A stretch of DNA of 64,000 nt from NCBI GenBank assembly GCA_964552315.1, contig CAZKGI010000017.1:732-64731 (forward strand). The letters are read 5' to 3'. The stretch comes from an uncultured Akkermansia sp. Lineage in GTDB: Bacteria; Verrucomicrobiota; Verrucomicrobiia; Verrucomicrobiales; DEV007. The position numbers and the translations under genes are program-made. The first letter of the stretch is position 1. Each line of letters begins with the position of its first letter. Shown one piece after another: positions 9,415 through 18,143 of the stretch. Under the pieces are notes generated by a model that saw only the letters and a program-made list of their open reading frames with translations, was not told the origin of the DNA and did no database searches.

Positions 9415-10557
9415 TCAGCCGGTAAAGAAGCGCTTCGCCCTTTGGAAGAAGCTTTCTCCCACGGGATGATTGCGCTCCGTGACGGTGTTGGCGAATTCGC
9501 GGAGCAAGCGCTCCTGCTCCCGGGTCAGCTTGACCGGCACCTCCACCTGGACGTTGACGATGAGATCCCCCTTGCGGCCGGTGTGCAGGTCGGGAAGCCC
9601 CTTGTCGCGCAGGCGGAAGGAGGTGTTGGTTTGGGTGCCTGCCGGGATCTTGATCGAGGCCTTCCCGTCCAGGGTGGGAACGATCAGCTCGCCCCCGAGG
9701 GCGGCCTGCGTGAAAGGCAGGGGAACCTCGCAGAATAGGTCGGCCCCGTCGCGCTCAAAGACTTCGTGCTCCTTGATGTGGACGACCACGTAGAGGTCTC
9801 CGGGGGAACCGCCCTGCTGGCCGGCATCCCCGTGGCCGACGGAACGGAGTCGACCGCCGTCAATCATGCCGGCGGGGATCTTCAGCTTGATGCGGCTGTT
9901 GCCATGCGAGCGCCCCTCTCCGGAGCAGTCCCGGCAGGGATTGGTGATGGATTCGCCGGCGCCGCCGCAGGCGGGGCAGGGTTGCTGCACCTGGAAAAAG
10001 CCTCGGCTGGTGATGACCTGGCCCACGCCGCCGCAGGTCGAACAACTGCGCACCTCGGCGCGGCCGCCCTGGGCGCCGCTGCCGGAGCAAGTTTCACAGG
10101 GCACGAGCCGCTCGATGCGCAGCTCCTTCTCGACCCCCTTGGCCGCTTCCTCGAGGGTGATTTGCAGGTCGTAGCGGAGATCCGAGCCGCGCTTGCGGCG
10201 CTCCGCCCGGGCAGCGCGTCCGCCGCCACCGAAGAATTCCTCAAAGATCCCGCCGCCGCCCCCGCCGAAGACCTCGCGGAAGATGTCGAAGGGATCGACT
10301 CCCCGTCCGCCCGCGGACGGGCCTGTGCCATTGCTGAAGGCCCGGTGGCCGTAGCGGTCGTAGGCGGCGCGCTTGTCCTCGTCCATGAGGACTTCGTAGG
10401 CCTCGCCGATCTCCTTGAATTTTTCCTCGGCCTCCTTGTCGTCGGGATTCTTGTCGGGGTGATACTGCACGGCGAGACGGCGGTAGGCCTTCTTGATCTC
10501 GCTCGGCTGGGCGTCCCTCGACACTTCGAGGACTTCGTAGTAGCAGCGCTTCTCCAT
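9415..10557 (-). CDS. dnaJ: Chaperone DnaJ (class A)
   Basis: J-domain HPD, G/F-rich region and four CxxCxGxG repeats; ATG at 10557. Confidence 0.97.
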   Translation of the reverse strand: MEKRCYYEVLEVSRDAQPSEIKKAYRRLAVQYHPDKNPDDKEAEEKFKEIGEAYEVLMDEDKRAAYDRYGHRAFSNGTGPSAGGRGVDPFDIFREVFGGGGGGIFEEFFGGGGRAARAERRKRGSDLRYDLQITLEEAAKGVEKELRIERLVPCETCSGSGAQGGRAEVRSCSTCGGVGQVITSRGFFQVQQPCPACGGAGESITNPCRDCSGEGRSHGNSRIKLKIPAGMIDGGRLRSVGHGDAGQQGGSPGDLYVVVHIKEHEVFERDGADLFCEVPLPFTQAALGGELIVPTLDGKASIKIPAGTQTNTSFRLRDKGLPDLHTGRKGDLIVNVQVEVPVKLTREQERLLREFANTVTERNHPVGESFFQRAKRFFTG

Positions 10558-10561
10558 GGGC

Positions 10562-11146
10562 TCACTCCGAAGCGGCGGAACCGCTCGATACGACGACACT
10601 GGCGGCGCGCAGGACGCGGTCTTTCAGCCGGTAGCCCCGGCGGATGGTGTAGGCGATGTGTCCCTCGGGGATGCTGTCGTGGGCCTCTTGTCTGAGTGCT
10701 TCGTGGATGTTGGGATCAAAGGCGAGCCCGTCTGAGGGGATCGTCTCGACGCCCTGGTCGCTGAGGAAGTCTTCGAGCTGCTTGCGCACCATGCCCAGCC
10801 CCTGCAGGATGAGCTCGCCGCCTTCGGCCGACTCGGCGGCCTTGAGACCCATTTCGAAGTTGTCGATGATGGGCAACAGCTGCTCGAGCAGGTTGCGGTT
10901 GGCGTACTGGATGGCCTCCTGCTTTTCGCGGGCCATCCGCTTGCGGTAATTGTCAAGGTCCGCTTGGGCGCGCGCGGCAATGTCCTTCCACTTTTCGATT
11001 TCTTCGGAAGGATGGGCGGAGAGGTCGACGGCCGCGGCGTCGGCGGCAGGAGCCGTTCCGGTCTCTTCGGAGCTGGCGCTCTCTGCCTCGTTCTCCAGGG
11101 GGACTTCCGTTGGATCGGTTTCTGCGTTGTCTGGTGTCTGTGTCAT
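10562..11146 (-). CDS. grpE: Nucleotide exchange factor GrpE
   Basis: [29 protein letters not shown] and [16 protein letters not shown] motifs. Confidence 0.96.
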   Translation of the reverse strand: MTQTPDNAETDPTEVPLENEAESASSEETGTAPAADAAAVDLSAHPSEEIEKWKDIAARAQADLDNYRKRMAREKQEAIQYANRNLLEQLLPIIDNFEMGLKAAESAEGGELILQGLGMVRKQLEDFLSDQGVETIPSDGLAFDPNIHEALRQEAHDSIPEGHIAYTIRRGYRLKDRVLRAASVVVSSGSAASE

Positions 11147-11210
11147 GCCTTGCCGTTTCTCCTGCGTCGCTGCCGGATCTTTTGGCCAGGGCGACGCGAG
11201 CCGGCACTAT

Positions 11211-12665
11211 TCACCTTTTCTCGATGGCAATCAAGGTGATGTCATCGCTTTGCGCGACCCCCGCGGAGAAGCGGGAGACCTCGGCGACGATGGCATTCAC
11301 CAGCTCCTGGGAGGAGCGATCGTGATTCTCGGTGAGCACGCGACGGAGGCGATCGAGCCCGAACTCCTCGTCATCCGCGTTTTCGCATTCGACGATGCCG
11401 TCGGTGTAGAGCAGGAGGATGTCTCCGGATTCCATGCGGAAGCGGTAGTCCTTGACGGAGCGCTTGAAGACAGAGCCCTCGTCGATGCCCGCGGCCAAGC
11501 CGGAGGTTTCCACGACCTCGGTTTCCCCGGTGGCCCGGCGGTAGAGGATGGGGGGTTCGTGTCCGGCACGGGCCAGGGTGATTTCGTTCGAGCCCCGCTC
11601 CAGGATGAGGTAGAGCAGGCTCACGAACATGTCCTCCCGGATGTCGGGGAAAATGGAGTGGTTCACCGAGTGCAGGACCGAGGCCGGGGAAAGGTTCTCG
11701 GGGGCGCGGCTGCGCAGGTTGGACCGGCACATCGCCATGATCAGGGAGGCGGCGATGCCCTTGCCGCAGACGTCGCCGATGGCGATGCCGTAGCGGTCCT
11801 CGTCGACCATGACGTAGTCGTAGTAATCCCCGCTGACGTGGCGAGCGGCCTTGTATTCGGCGGCGATTTCGTAGTCCGAGAGGGCCGGGGCGGAACGAGG
11901 CAGGAGCACGCGCTGAATTTCGCTGGCCTGGGTCAGTTCGCGTTCGAAACGGCGCTTTTCCGCGGCCTCCACGTGGAGGATGGCGCTGCCGAGGGCAAAG
12001 GAGCTCTGTTCGGCGATGCTGGCGAACACCTCGAGGTCGTTCTGGCTGAAGGGCCCACCCCGTCGCTTGGTCACGGCGAGCACGCCGACGGGCTTGTTCG
12101 CGTAAACGAGGGGGACGGCGAGCGCCGCGACGCCGGCGTGGAAGCGCGGATCGGCGCCGCCGGCGAGGAATTCCGGTTCCTGGGAGAGATCCGGGGCGTG
12201 GGTGAGCTGCCACTCCCGCAGAACCCTCCCGATGAAGCTTTCTCCGGGCAGAAGCAGGGAGAGGCGAATGAAGCCGCGATAGTGGCTCTCGGCCTCCTCC
12301 AAGTCCGTTTCTTGGAGCACCTCCTCGGGAGCGGGAACCACCGGGGCGAGTTGGGTGGATTGGTAGGTGGGCACGAGACGGTTGGTCTCCGCGTCGATAA
12401 GATAGAGCACCCCGGCGTCCCCTCCGACGACCTCGGCGACGCCGTCGACGATGTAGCGGTGCATGTTGGCCGGGGAGTGGTCCGCCTGCAGCTTGTCCCC
12501 GAGGCCGTGCAGGAAGTCGAACATGCGGCGTTCTTCGACCTCGAGGGCGTCGAGATCCCGGGCGAGGCGCTCCAAGCGGTCCGCGGTGCGGCGTCGGTCG
12601 CGCCACATCCACACCGCAAGGGAGCCGACGATCGCCAGGAGCAGGACGTAGACGAAATGTTCCAT
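11211..12665 (-). CDS. Membrane-anchored GAF + PP2C/SpoIIE (RsbU-like) phosphatase
   Basis: N-terminal TM helix, GAF-like segment, then SGDYYD, IGDVCGKG, LYTDGI and DDITLI PPM motifs. Confidence 0.9.
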   Translation of the reverse strand: MEHFVYVLLLAIVGSLAVWMWRDRRRTADRLERLARDLDALEVEERRMFDFLHGLGDKLQADHSPANMHRYIVDGVAEVVGGDAGVLYLIDAETNRLVPTYQSTQLAPVVPAPEEVLQETDLEEAESHYRGFIRLSLLLPGESFIGRVLREWQLTHAPDLSQEPEFLAGGADPRFHAGVAALAVPLVYANKPVGVLAVTKRRGGPFSQNDLEVFASIAEQSSFALGSAILHVEAAEKRRFERELTQASEIQRVLLPRSAPALSDYEIAAEYKAARHVSGDYYDYVMVDEDRYGIAIGDVCGKGIAASLIMAMCRSNLRSRAPENLSPASVLHSVNHSIFPDIREDMFVSLLYLILERGSNEITLARAGHEPPILYRRATGETEVVETSGLAAGIDEGSVFKRSVKDYRFRMESGDILLLYTDGIVECENADDEEFGLDRLRRVLTENHDRSSQELVNAIVAEVSRFSAGVAQSDDITLIAIEKR

Positions 12666-12686
12666 GGTTCGCCGAAGGCGCGGGGA

Positions 12687-13220
12687 CTACTTGTCCGCCG
12701 ATTGCGCCTCCAGTTCCTGTCTGAGGAACTCGACTACGTCATAGAAGCGGCTACGGTTTTCTTCGTTCGCCGCGAGGAGGGCTTCGTGGGCCTGGAGGAC
12801 GAACTCGGCGTGCTCGATTCGGTCGAGGGGTCCGTGGCAGGTGGGTTTTCGGAGATTTTCCGCGACAAGCTCCCGTTCGCGACCCCAGCGTTCGCCCGTC
12901 AGGTCCAGGCGGATGCGGTCGTCGAGCCCGAGCTTGCGGATGGAGTTGGCGTTCCGTTCCCCGGGATTGATGACGTCGACACTGCCCGTGGGGTCCTCCG
13001 CCGCCACCTTTGTGGCGAGCCGGTAGAGCATGCCGATGAAGGTGGAATCGATGCCGCGACAGCCGGCGAGATCGATGACGAAGCGGCGCCAGCCTTTCTC
13101 AAAACGCCCCGTCAGGAAGTCCCGGATGCAGGCGGCGTTCTCGTGATTCGCCGTTCCGTCCACCCGAACCCAGGCTACGGGGCCCAAACAACCGACTCGA
13201 ATGGAATCTTCGGCGCTCAC
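12687..13220 (-). CDS. STAS-domain anti-sigma-factor antagonist (RsbV/SpoIIAA-like)
   Basis: VIDLAGCRGIDSTFIGML with the conserved phospho-acceptor Ser; GTG start. Confidence 0.85.
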   Translation of the reverse strand: MSAEDSIRVGCLGPVAWVRVDGTANHENAACIRDFLTGRFEKGWRRFVIDLAGCRGIDSTFIGMLYRLATKVAAEDPTGSVDVINPGERNANSIRKLGLDDRIRLDLTGERWGRERELVAENLRKPTCHGPLDRIEHAEFVLQAHEALLAANEENRSRFYDVVEFLRQELEAQSADK

Positions 13221-13359
13221 AGAACCAGGGGGTTGCCCCCGCAGCCGATTCGCTTTTGCCCGGACTGCTTTCGGGCGCTCCGTCGCAGCCGGGGAGACCG
13301 GGCGGAGGCTGGCGGGGTGGCTTCAGTCAGAACACTCATGCGATGGTCAAAGAGAGAGC

Positions 13360-13833
13360 TTACTGCCAAAGGTAGGACTTGTATTCGGCCACGACGTTCC
13401 CGTCTTCGATGATGGACGCCTTCCACTGGGTGACCTTGCCATTTTGGTGATAGTCGTCTCCCGTGATTTGAAACTTGGTGACGTTGCTTCGCTTCGGCTT
13501 CGCCACTTGCACCTCCTGGACGTGGACGCGGGGCCCGGTCGAGCCTTGGCGATACTCAAAGCGCACCGTGGCCGGGTTGCGGGTTTTCGAGTTCCAGAAG
13601 ACCGTGAAATAGTTGCCGTAGCGTTCGCGCTGGTCCGCATTTTCCACGGCCCCCTGGAGCAGGCGGGCCTTTTCGAAGCGGATCATCCGATCCTCCGTCT
13701 TGATGGTCTGGGAGTCGTAGAGGTGATAGGGGTTCACCTTGGTGATGGCCACCGGGCCCGAGGCACTGCTGGTGCAACCGGCCAAGAGGCCGAGGGCTGC
13801 CAAAGCGAAAATTGGAATCGATCCCGATTTCAT
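13360..13833 (-). CDS. Hypothetical lipoprotein
   Basis: Signal peptide with lipobox LAG-C; beta-rich mature domain; ATG at 13833. Confidence 0.7.
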   Translation of the reverse strand: MKSGSIPIFALAALGLLAGCTSSASGPVAITKVNPYHLYDSQTIKTEDRMIRFEKARLLQGAVENADQRERYGNYFTVFWNSKTRNPATVRFEYRQGSTGPRVHVQEVQVAKPKRSNVTKFQITGDDYHQNGKVTQWKASIIEDGNVVAEYKSYLWQ

Positions 13834-13978
13834 CCGAGGGTAAGAGCGAGGAGCTTTGGTCCGCTTTGGAGGCTTGTCACGTGGAAAATATCTCGAACCC
13901 GCGAGGACATTCTTTAAATTACGCGCGAATTCCGCCAAGCGAAAATGAAAAGACGGTTCCCGGGCGAGTTCTGCGCCG

Positions 13979-14803
13979 TCAATGGCCCTTTTCGCTGGCC
14001 TTGACCCGGTTCCAGGCCGCGTCCATTTCCTCCAGGCTGGCCTCCGCGACAGAGCGGCCGCCCTGGGCCAGCGCGTCCTCGACCGCCTGAAAGCGGCGCA
14101 CGAATTTCCGGTTGGCGGCGTCGAGGAGAAGCTCGGCCTCGTGCCCGCTTTTTCGCGCCAGGTTCACCACGGCGAAGAGCAGGTCGCCAATTTCTTCTCC
14201 GAGTCGCTCTGTGCTTCCCTCGGAGAGGGCGGCCTCGACTTCGTCCACCTCCTCGCGCACCTTGGCCAGCACTTCCCGGGCCTCCGACCAGTCGAAGCCG
14301 ACCGAGGCGGCCTTGCGCTGGAGCTTGGCCGCCGCGAGCAGGGCGGGTTGTCCTTCGTTGGCCTTTTTCAGCAGGTAGTCCCGGTCCGCCGGAGGGGCCG
14401 CGCCCCCTGTAGCCTCTTCCTTCTCCCTGGCCTTGATGGTCTCCCATTGGCTGAGGACGGCATCCGCGCTGTCGGCCACGGCGTCGCCGAAGACGTGGGG
14501 ATGACGCCGCACCAGTTTCTCGCAGATGGCACGGGCGACCTCGTCGATGTCGAAGTGACCCGCCTCGGCGGCGATGGCCGCGTGGAAAAAGGGCTGGAGC
14601 AGCAGATCGCCCAGCTCGTCGACGAGCGCCGCGCGATCGCCGGAACGGACGGCGGCGCCGACTTCGTAGGCCTCCTCGATGGCGTGGCGGACGAGGCTTT
14701 CATGGGTTTGTTCGGCATCCCAAGGACATCCGCCGGGCGCCCTGAGCGTGTGCATGATCTGGCGGAGACGTTCGAGCGGGGGCAGGTCGGGAGAAGGGAT
14801 CAT
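13979..14803 (-). CDS. mazG: Nucleoside triphosphate pyrophosphohydrolase MazG
   Basis: LRAPGGCPWDAEQTHESL, EEAYEV, DELGDLL, KLVRRHPHVF, and second-domain EEVDEV..EEIGDLLFAVVN. Confidence 0.95.
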   Translation of the reverse strand: MIPSPDLPPLERLRQIMHTLRAPGGCPWDAEQTHESLVRHAIEEAYEVGAAVRSGDRAALVDELGDLLLQPFFHAAIAAEAGHFDIDEVARAICEKLVRRHPHVFGDAVADSADAVLSQWETIKAREKEEATGGAAPPADRDYLLKKANEGQPALLAAAKLQRKAASVGFDWSEAREVLAKVREEVDEVEAALSEGSTERLGEEIGDLLFAVVNLARKSGHEAELLLDAANRKFVRRFQAVEDALAQGGRSVAEASLEEMDAAWNRVKASEKGH

Positions 14804-14881
14804 GGGCGAGTCGTCAGGGAGGGGAGAAAAGGAAAGGACAAGCGCCGGAAAAGCTGTGCTTTAATACGCACAACTTCCCCC

Positions 14882-15622
14882 ATGGCCAAACATCGATTTT
14901 ACCTCTCCGTCGATCAGTGGAATCCGGAATGTCTTCTCCTCGAGGGCGAGGAGGCGCATCACTGTGTCAGCGTGATGCGCTGTCGGGTGGGGGAGCGCGT
15001 CCTGCTTTTCAACGGACGGGGGGGCATGGCCGAGGCGGAAATCGTGGAGCTGGGTCGGGATCGGGTTCGCCTGGAGGCGGTGCAGAGCGTCGCGAGTCCG
15101 GCTCCCGCGGTGTCCCTGACCCTGGCCCAGGCGGTACCCAAGGGGAAGAACATGGACCTCATCGTGCAGAAGGCCACCGAACTGGGCGCCACCCGGATCG
15201 TTCCCTTGCTGACGGAGCGGAGTGTCGTGCACCTGGAAGCGGGGGAGCTCGGGAAAAAGCAGCAGAAATGGCAGCGGGTCGCCATCGAAGCCTGCAAGCA
15301 ATGCGGCCAGAATTGGCTGCCGGAAGTCGTCCGACCCATTCGCTTGGGGGACTACCTGGAGGCGGAGTCCGCCCCCCTGCGGCTGGTGGCGGCCCTGAAC
15401 GCGGCCACGCGTCCGCTCAAGGCGATCCTTTCCTCGTTCGAGCAGCTCCCCAGGGAGGCCAGCGTGCTGATCGGTCCCGAGGGCGACTTCACCGAGGCGG
15501 AGGTGGCCCTGGCCCAGGCCCGCGGATTTCTGCCGCTTTCGCTCGGCGATCTCGTTCTGAGGAGTGAAACGGCGGCGATCTACAGCCTCAGCATCCTGGG
15601 GCACGAGCTCAACGCGCGGTGA
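14882..15622 (+). CDS. rsmE: 16S rRNA m3U1498 methyltransferase
   Basis: HHCVSVMRC, KGKNMDLIVQKATELGA, EACKQCG, IGPEGDF and LRSETA motifs; ATG at 14882. Confidence 0.95.
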   Translation: MAKHRFYLSVDQWNPECLLLEGEEAHHCVSVMRCRVGERVLLFNGRGGMAEAEIVELGRDRVRLEAVQSVASPAPAVSLTLAQAVPKGKNMDLIVQKATELGATRIVPLLTERSVVHLEAGELGKKQQKWQRVAIEACKQCGQNWLPEVVRPIRLGDYLEAESAPLRLVAALNAATRPLKAILSSFEQLPREASVLIGPEGDFTEAEVALAQARGFLPLSLGDLVLRSETAAIYSLSILGHELNAR

Positions 15623-15682
15623 GCGCGGTGTGCGCGCCGGGATCCCCGGGGAGGGGGGGGCGCTCTGAGGGTGCCGGACTTG

Positions 15683-16645
15683 TCAGTAACTGACCGTTAC
15701 CGGGGTGCCGAGGCCCACCTTGGAATAAATGAGCGGCTGAACGGAGGCGGGGACGCGGATGCAGCCATGGCTGGCCGGATAGCCGGGCACCTCGCCAATG
15801 TGCAGGCCGATGCCGCCGCGGATGCGCATCCAGTAGGGCATGTCGGCACCGACAAAGCGGCTGGCTCCGGGGGGGCGTCGATCGCTTTCCCCACTGCTGG
15901 GGATAGGGGCTCCGTTGGCATCGAGCCAGGTCCCGTAGAGCGTGGATTGCTTTTCCACCAACTTCTCACTGATGGTGAAACTGCCCGTGGGGGTTTCATG
16001 TCCCGGCTTGCCGCTGGAAATGGGCGTGTCGATGACCAGGGCCTTGACGGGGCCGTCCTTGCGGTAGACCCGGGCGCGCTGTTCCCCCAGGGTGATTTCG
16101 ATCCGGGCGTTGGCGGGCGTGAGCGAGGGGAGGAGCTCTTGATTGACGAAGATGTCGTGTTCTCCCTGAGGCTGGCGACGGGAGAGCTTGCCCAGGCCCA
16201 GACCGGCAAACCAGCCGCCGGTGTTGCGCCCGGAGGCATTGGCGGATTCCCTCTCGCTCCCCCCTTCGGGAGGCAGGGGGCGGGAGGCCGCCAACTTCGC
16301 TTCCAGCTTGGCCTGGCGTTTCGCTTCGCGCTTCCGCTCCTTTTCGGCGATGGCCTCCACGCGGGCCATCAGGTCCGCTTCTTCAGGAGTCAGGGACTGT
16401 CCGTGGCGTTGGCGCGCGGCGCGCTCCGCGGCTTCGCGGGCCTTGGCGTCGGCTTCGGCCACCGCGGCCCGGGCTTCGGCACGACGGCGCTTGGCCTCGG
16501 CCTTGTTTTCGACCTTGCTTTCACCCTCCGCGCTGGCGACCGCGCGGAAGGGGCCGCCGCGGAACATGCTGGCAGGACGCTCCACCCCGCAGGAGGTGAG
16601 CAAGAACACGAGAGGCAGGGCGCGCAGGAGAAGGCGAAACGTCAT
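15683..16645 (-). CDS. L,D-transpeptidase (YkuD) family lipoprotein
   Basis: Lipobox LTS-C; A/E/K/R-rich coiled coil; TPTGSF, MPYWMR and catalytic LHIG..PGYPASHGCIR. Confidence 0.88.
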   Translation of the reverse strand: MTFRLLLRALPLVFLLTSCGVERPASMFRGGPFRAVASAEGESKVENKAEAKRRRAEARAAVAEADAKAREAAERAARQRHGQSLTPEEADLMARVEAIAEKERKREAKRQAKLEAKLAASRPLPPEGGSERESANASGRNTGGWFAGLGLGKLSRRQPQGEHDIFVNQELLPSLTPANARIEITLGEQRARVYRKDGPVKALVIDTPISSGKPGHETPTGSFTISEKLVEKQSTLYGTWLDANGAPIPSSGESDRRPPGASRFVGADMPYWMRIRGGIGLHIGEVPGYPASHGCIRVPASVQPLIYSKVGLGTPVTVSY

Positions 16646-16791
16646 GACGGGATCCGACGACGAAAGGGACCGCAGAGACATGGCTTCCCGGAAGGGGAAC
16701 GTCAACCGCATAATCGTGGCCAGCCCACCAGCGGCCGGGCCCGAGGGGCGGGAAGCGGGGCCGCGCGCGGCGAAAGGCGGCCTGGCGAGCC

Positions 16792-17562
16792 TCAGTTGGC
16801 GATGTAGAGGTCTCCCATCGGGAAGATGCCGGAACCCATTTTGGGCGAGGCATTCCGGGTGATGGGCTCGAATTCGGCCGGACGGATCTGGAAGGGGATG
16901 GAGGTCACCTCCTGCGTTTCCATGTCCTTGAAGTAGAGCTCGCCCTTGTGGACGCCCTCGAAGCGGAGACGGATGGTGAGGTCTTGGTGCTTCAGGCCGA
17001 ATTCTCCGCCGACACCGAAGGTTCTCGCTCCGAGAACAATTTGCTGCTTCTGCGGATAGATCCCGGTGATGGGGAGGGCTTGCAGGGCGGTTTTGAGAGA
17101 GGAGACGCTCAGGGCCTGGGGTTCTTCCTCGGTATGAAGTTCTGCGAAGGGAGGCGCCACGGAGGCGTTGGCGGGATCCATGACCAGGCCGAAGGGGTCC
17201 ATCTCGCGCGTGTTTTCGAGAAGCTTGGAGAGAATCCGATGGGAGCGCTGCAGCGGATCGAGCGACTTGGCGTCCGACTTTTCGGGGGCAGGCGGAGAGG
17301 CCAGCGAATCCGTGGGGGCAGGCGGGGGCAGCTGGGCGGGGCCGGCCACCGCCAAGGCTTCCGCCTGGGTCGCCGGGGCTTCAGGAGTGTTCTGCGACAT
17401 GGCCGCCGTCATCGCCTCTGCGGGCGTGTTGGGGGTGGCATTTGCTCCCGGGGACTGGGGCTGCAGCGATCCGGAAACGATCGAGGGGGTGGATTCCTCC
17501 TGGGCGCGGGCGGCGCTGGCCAGGGACATCAGGAGCATCGCAATGGGGAGAAGAGTCTTCAT
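16792..17562 (-). CDS. Exported hypothetical protein, PilP/GspC-like
   Basis: Sec signal peptide (..AARA|QEE), long P/A-rich linker and a C-terminal beta domain (LPITGIYPQKQQIVLGARTFGVGGEF); last gene of the pilus-like operon. The family call is an inference. Confidence 0.55.
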   Translation of the reverse strand: MKTLLPIAMLLMSLASAARAQEESTPSIVSGSLQPQSPGANATPNTPAEAMTAAMSQNTPEAPATQAEALAVAGPAQLPPPAPTDSLASPPAPEKSDAKSLDPLQRSHRILSKLLENTREMDPFGLVMDPANASVAPPFAELHTEEEPQALSVSSLKTALQALPITGIYPQKQQIVLGARTFGVGGEFGLKHQDLTIRLRFEGVHKGELYFKDMETQEVTSIPFQIRPAEFEPITRNASPKMGSGIFPMGDLYIAN

Positions 17563-18143
17563 TTCTTGGGTCCCGCGGTCGTTCCGGCCATTTCCCAGCA
17601 ATGGTAGACGAGACTAAACTGGAGCGTGCGGCTCTCGTTGTCCGAAGAGGCCTTGGGGGCGACTTGGATGCTTTCGAGCACGAGCTGGGGCATCTCCGCC
17701 TCCAGTTCGGCGAGAAGGAGCTGCATGGGCTTGAAGCCGCCCTCAAAGCGGAGCTGCATTTTCGAATAGGGATGTTCCGTCTTGGCGCCCAGGCCGCCAT
17801 TGCCGGGCAGTCGTCCCATTTCCGTTTGGCGAAGGGTTTCCGGTTCGTGCTTGGCGAGGATCTTGTCGAGCGTTTCGGAAAGCGACTCGACGACATCCTT
17901 CCCGAGCTTCTCGTTCCAGTGGGTGGCCTGCTCGCGGCGCCCATTGGCGGTGAGGAAGGCATCCAATTCCGCGACCTGGGATTTGGCCCGGTTGTAGCGC
18001 TCCAGGTCCGCCAACTTCTTCTCGTGGTTTTCCTTGAGCTTCGAATGGCCGAAGTAAGTCAGGCCGACGACGAGCCCGAGGAGGGCAAAGGGGATGACGA
18101 TCCCAAAGACGACAATGGCTTGGCGATGGGGCGAGGTCGTCAT
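17559..18143 (-). CDS. Bitopic membrane protein, PilO/GspM-like
   Basis: N-terminal TM helix, coiled coil, then LRFEGGFKPMQLLLAELEAEMPQLVLESIQV (ferredoxin-like PilO pattern); 4-nt overlaps with both neighbours. Confidence 0.6.
   Translation of the reverse strand: MTTSPHRQAIVVFGIVIPFALLGLVVGLTYFGHSKLKENHEKKLADLERYNRAKSQVAELDAFLTANGRREQATHWNEKLGKDVVESLSETLDKILAKHEPETLRQTEMGRLPGNGGLGAKTEHPYSKMQLRFEGGFKPMQLLLAELEAEMPQLVLESIQVAPKASSDNESRTLQFSLVYHCWEMAGTTAGPKK

Noticed and set aside
11147-11210. CIRCE element expected upstream of grpE-dnaJ
   Set aside because: No TTAGCACTC-N9-GAGTGCTAA-like sequence here or in 12666-12686; the N9 dyad at 210-234 has unrelated arms.
13979-14803. MazG as an anti-phage or toxin-antitoxin component
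   Set aside because: It is the full-length two-domain housekeeping type, with no mazEF or defence genes nearby.
13982-14881. Apparent 300-aa N-terminal extension of RsmE
   Set aside because: It is the antisense frame of mazG; RsmE similarity starts at ATG 14882.
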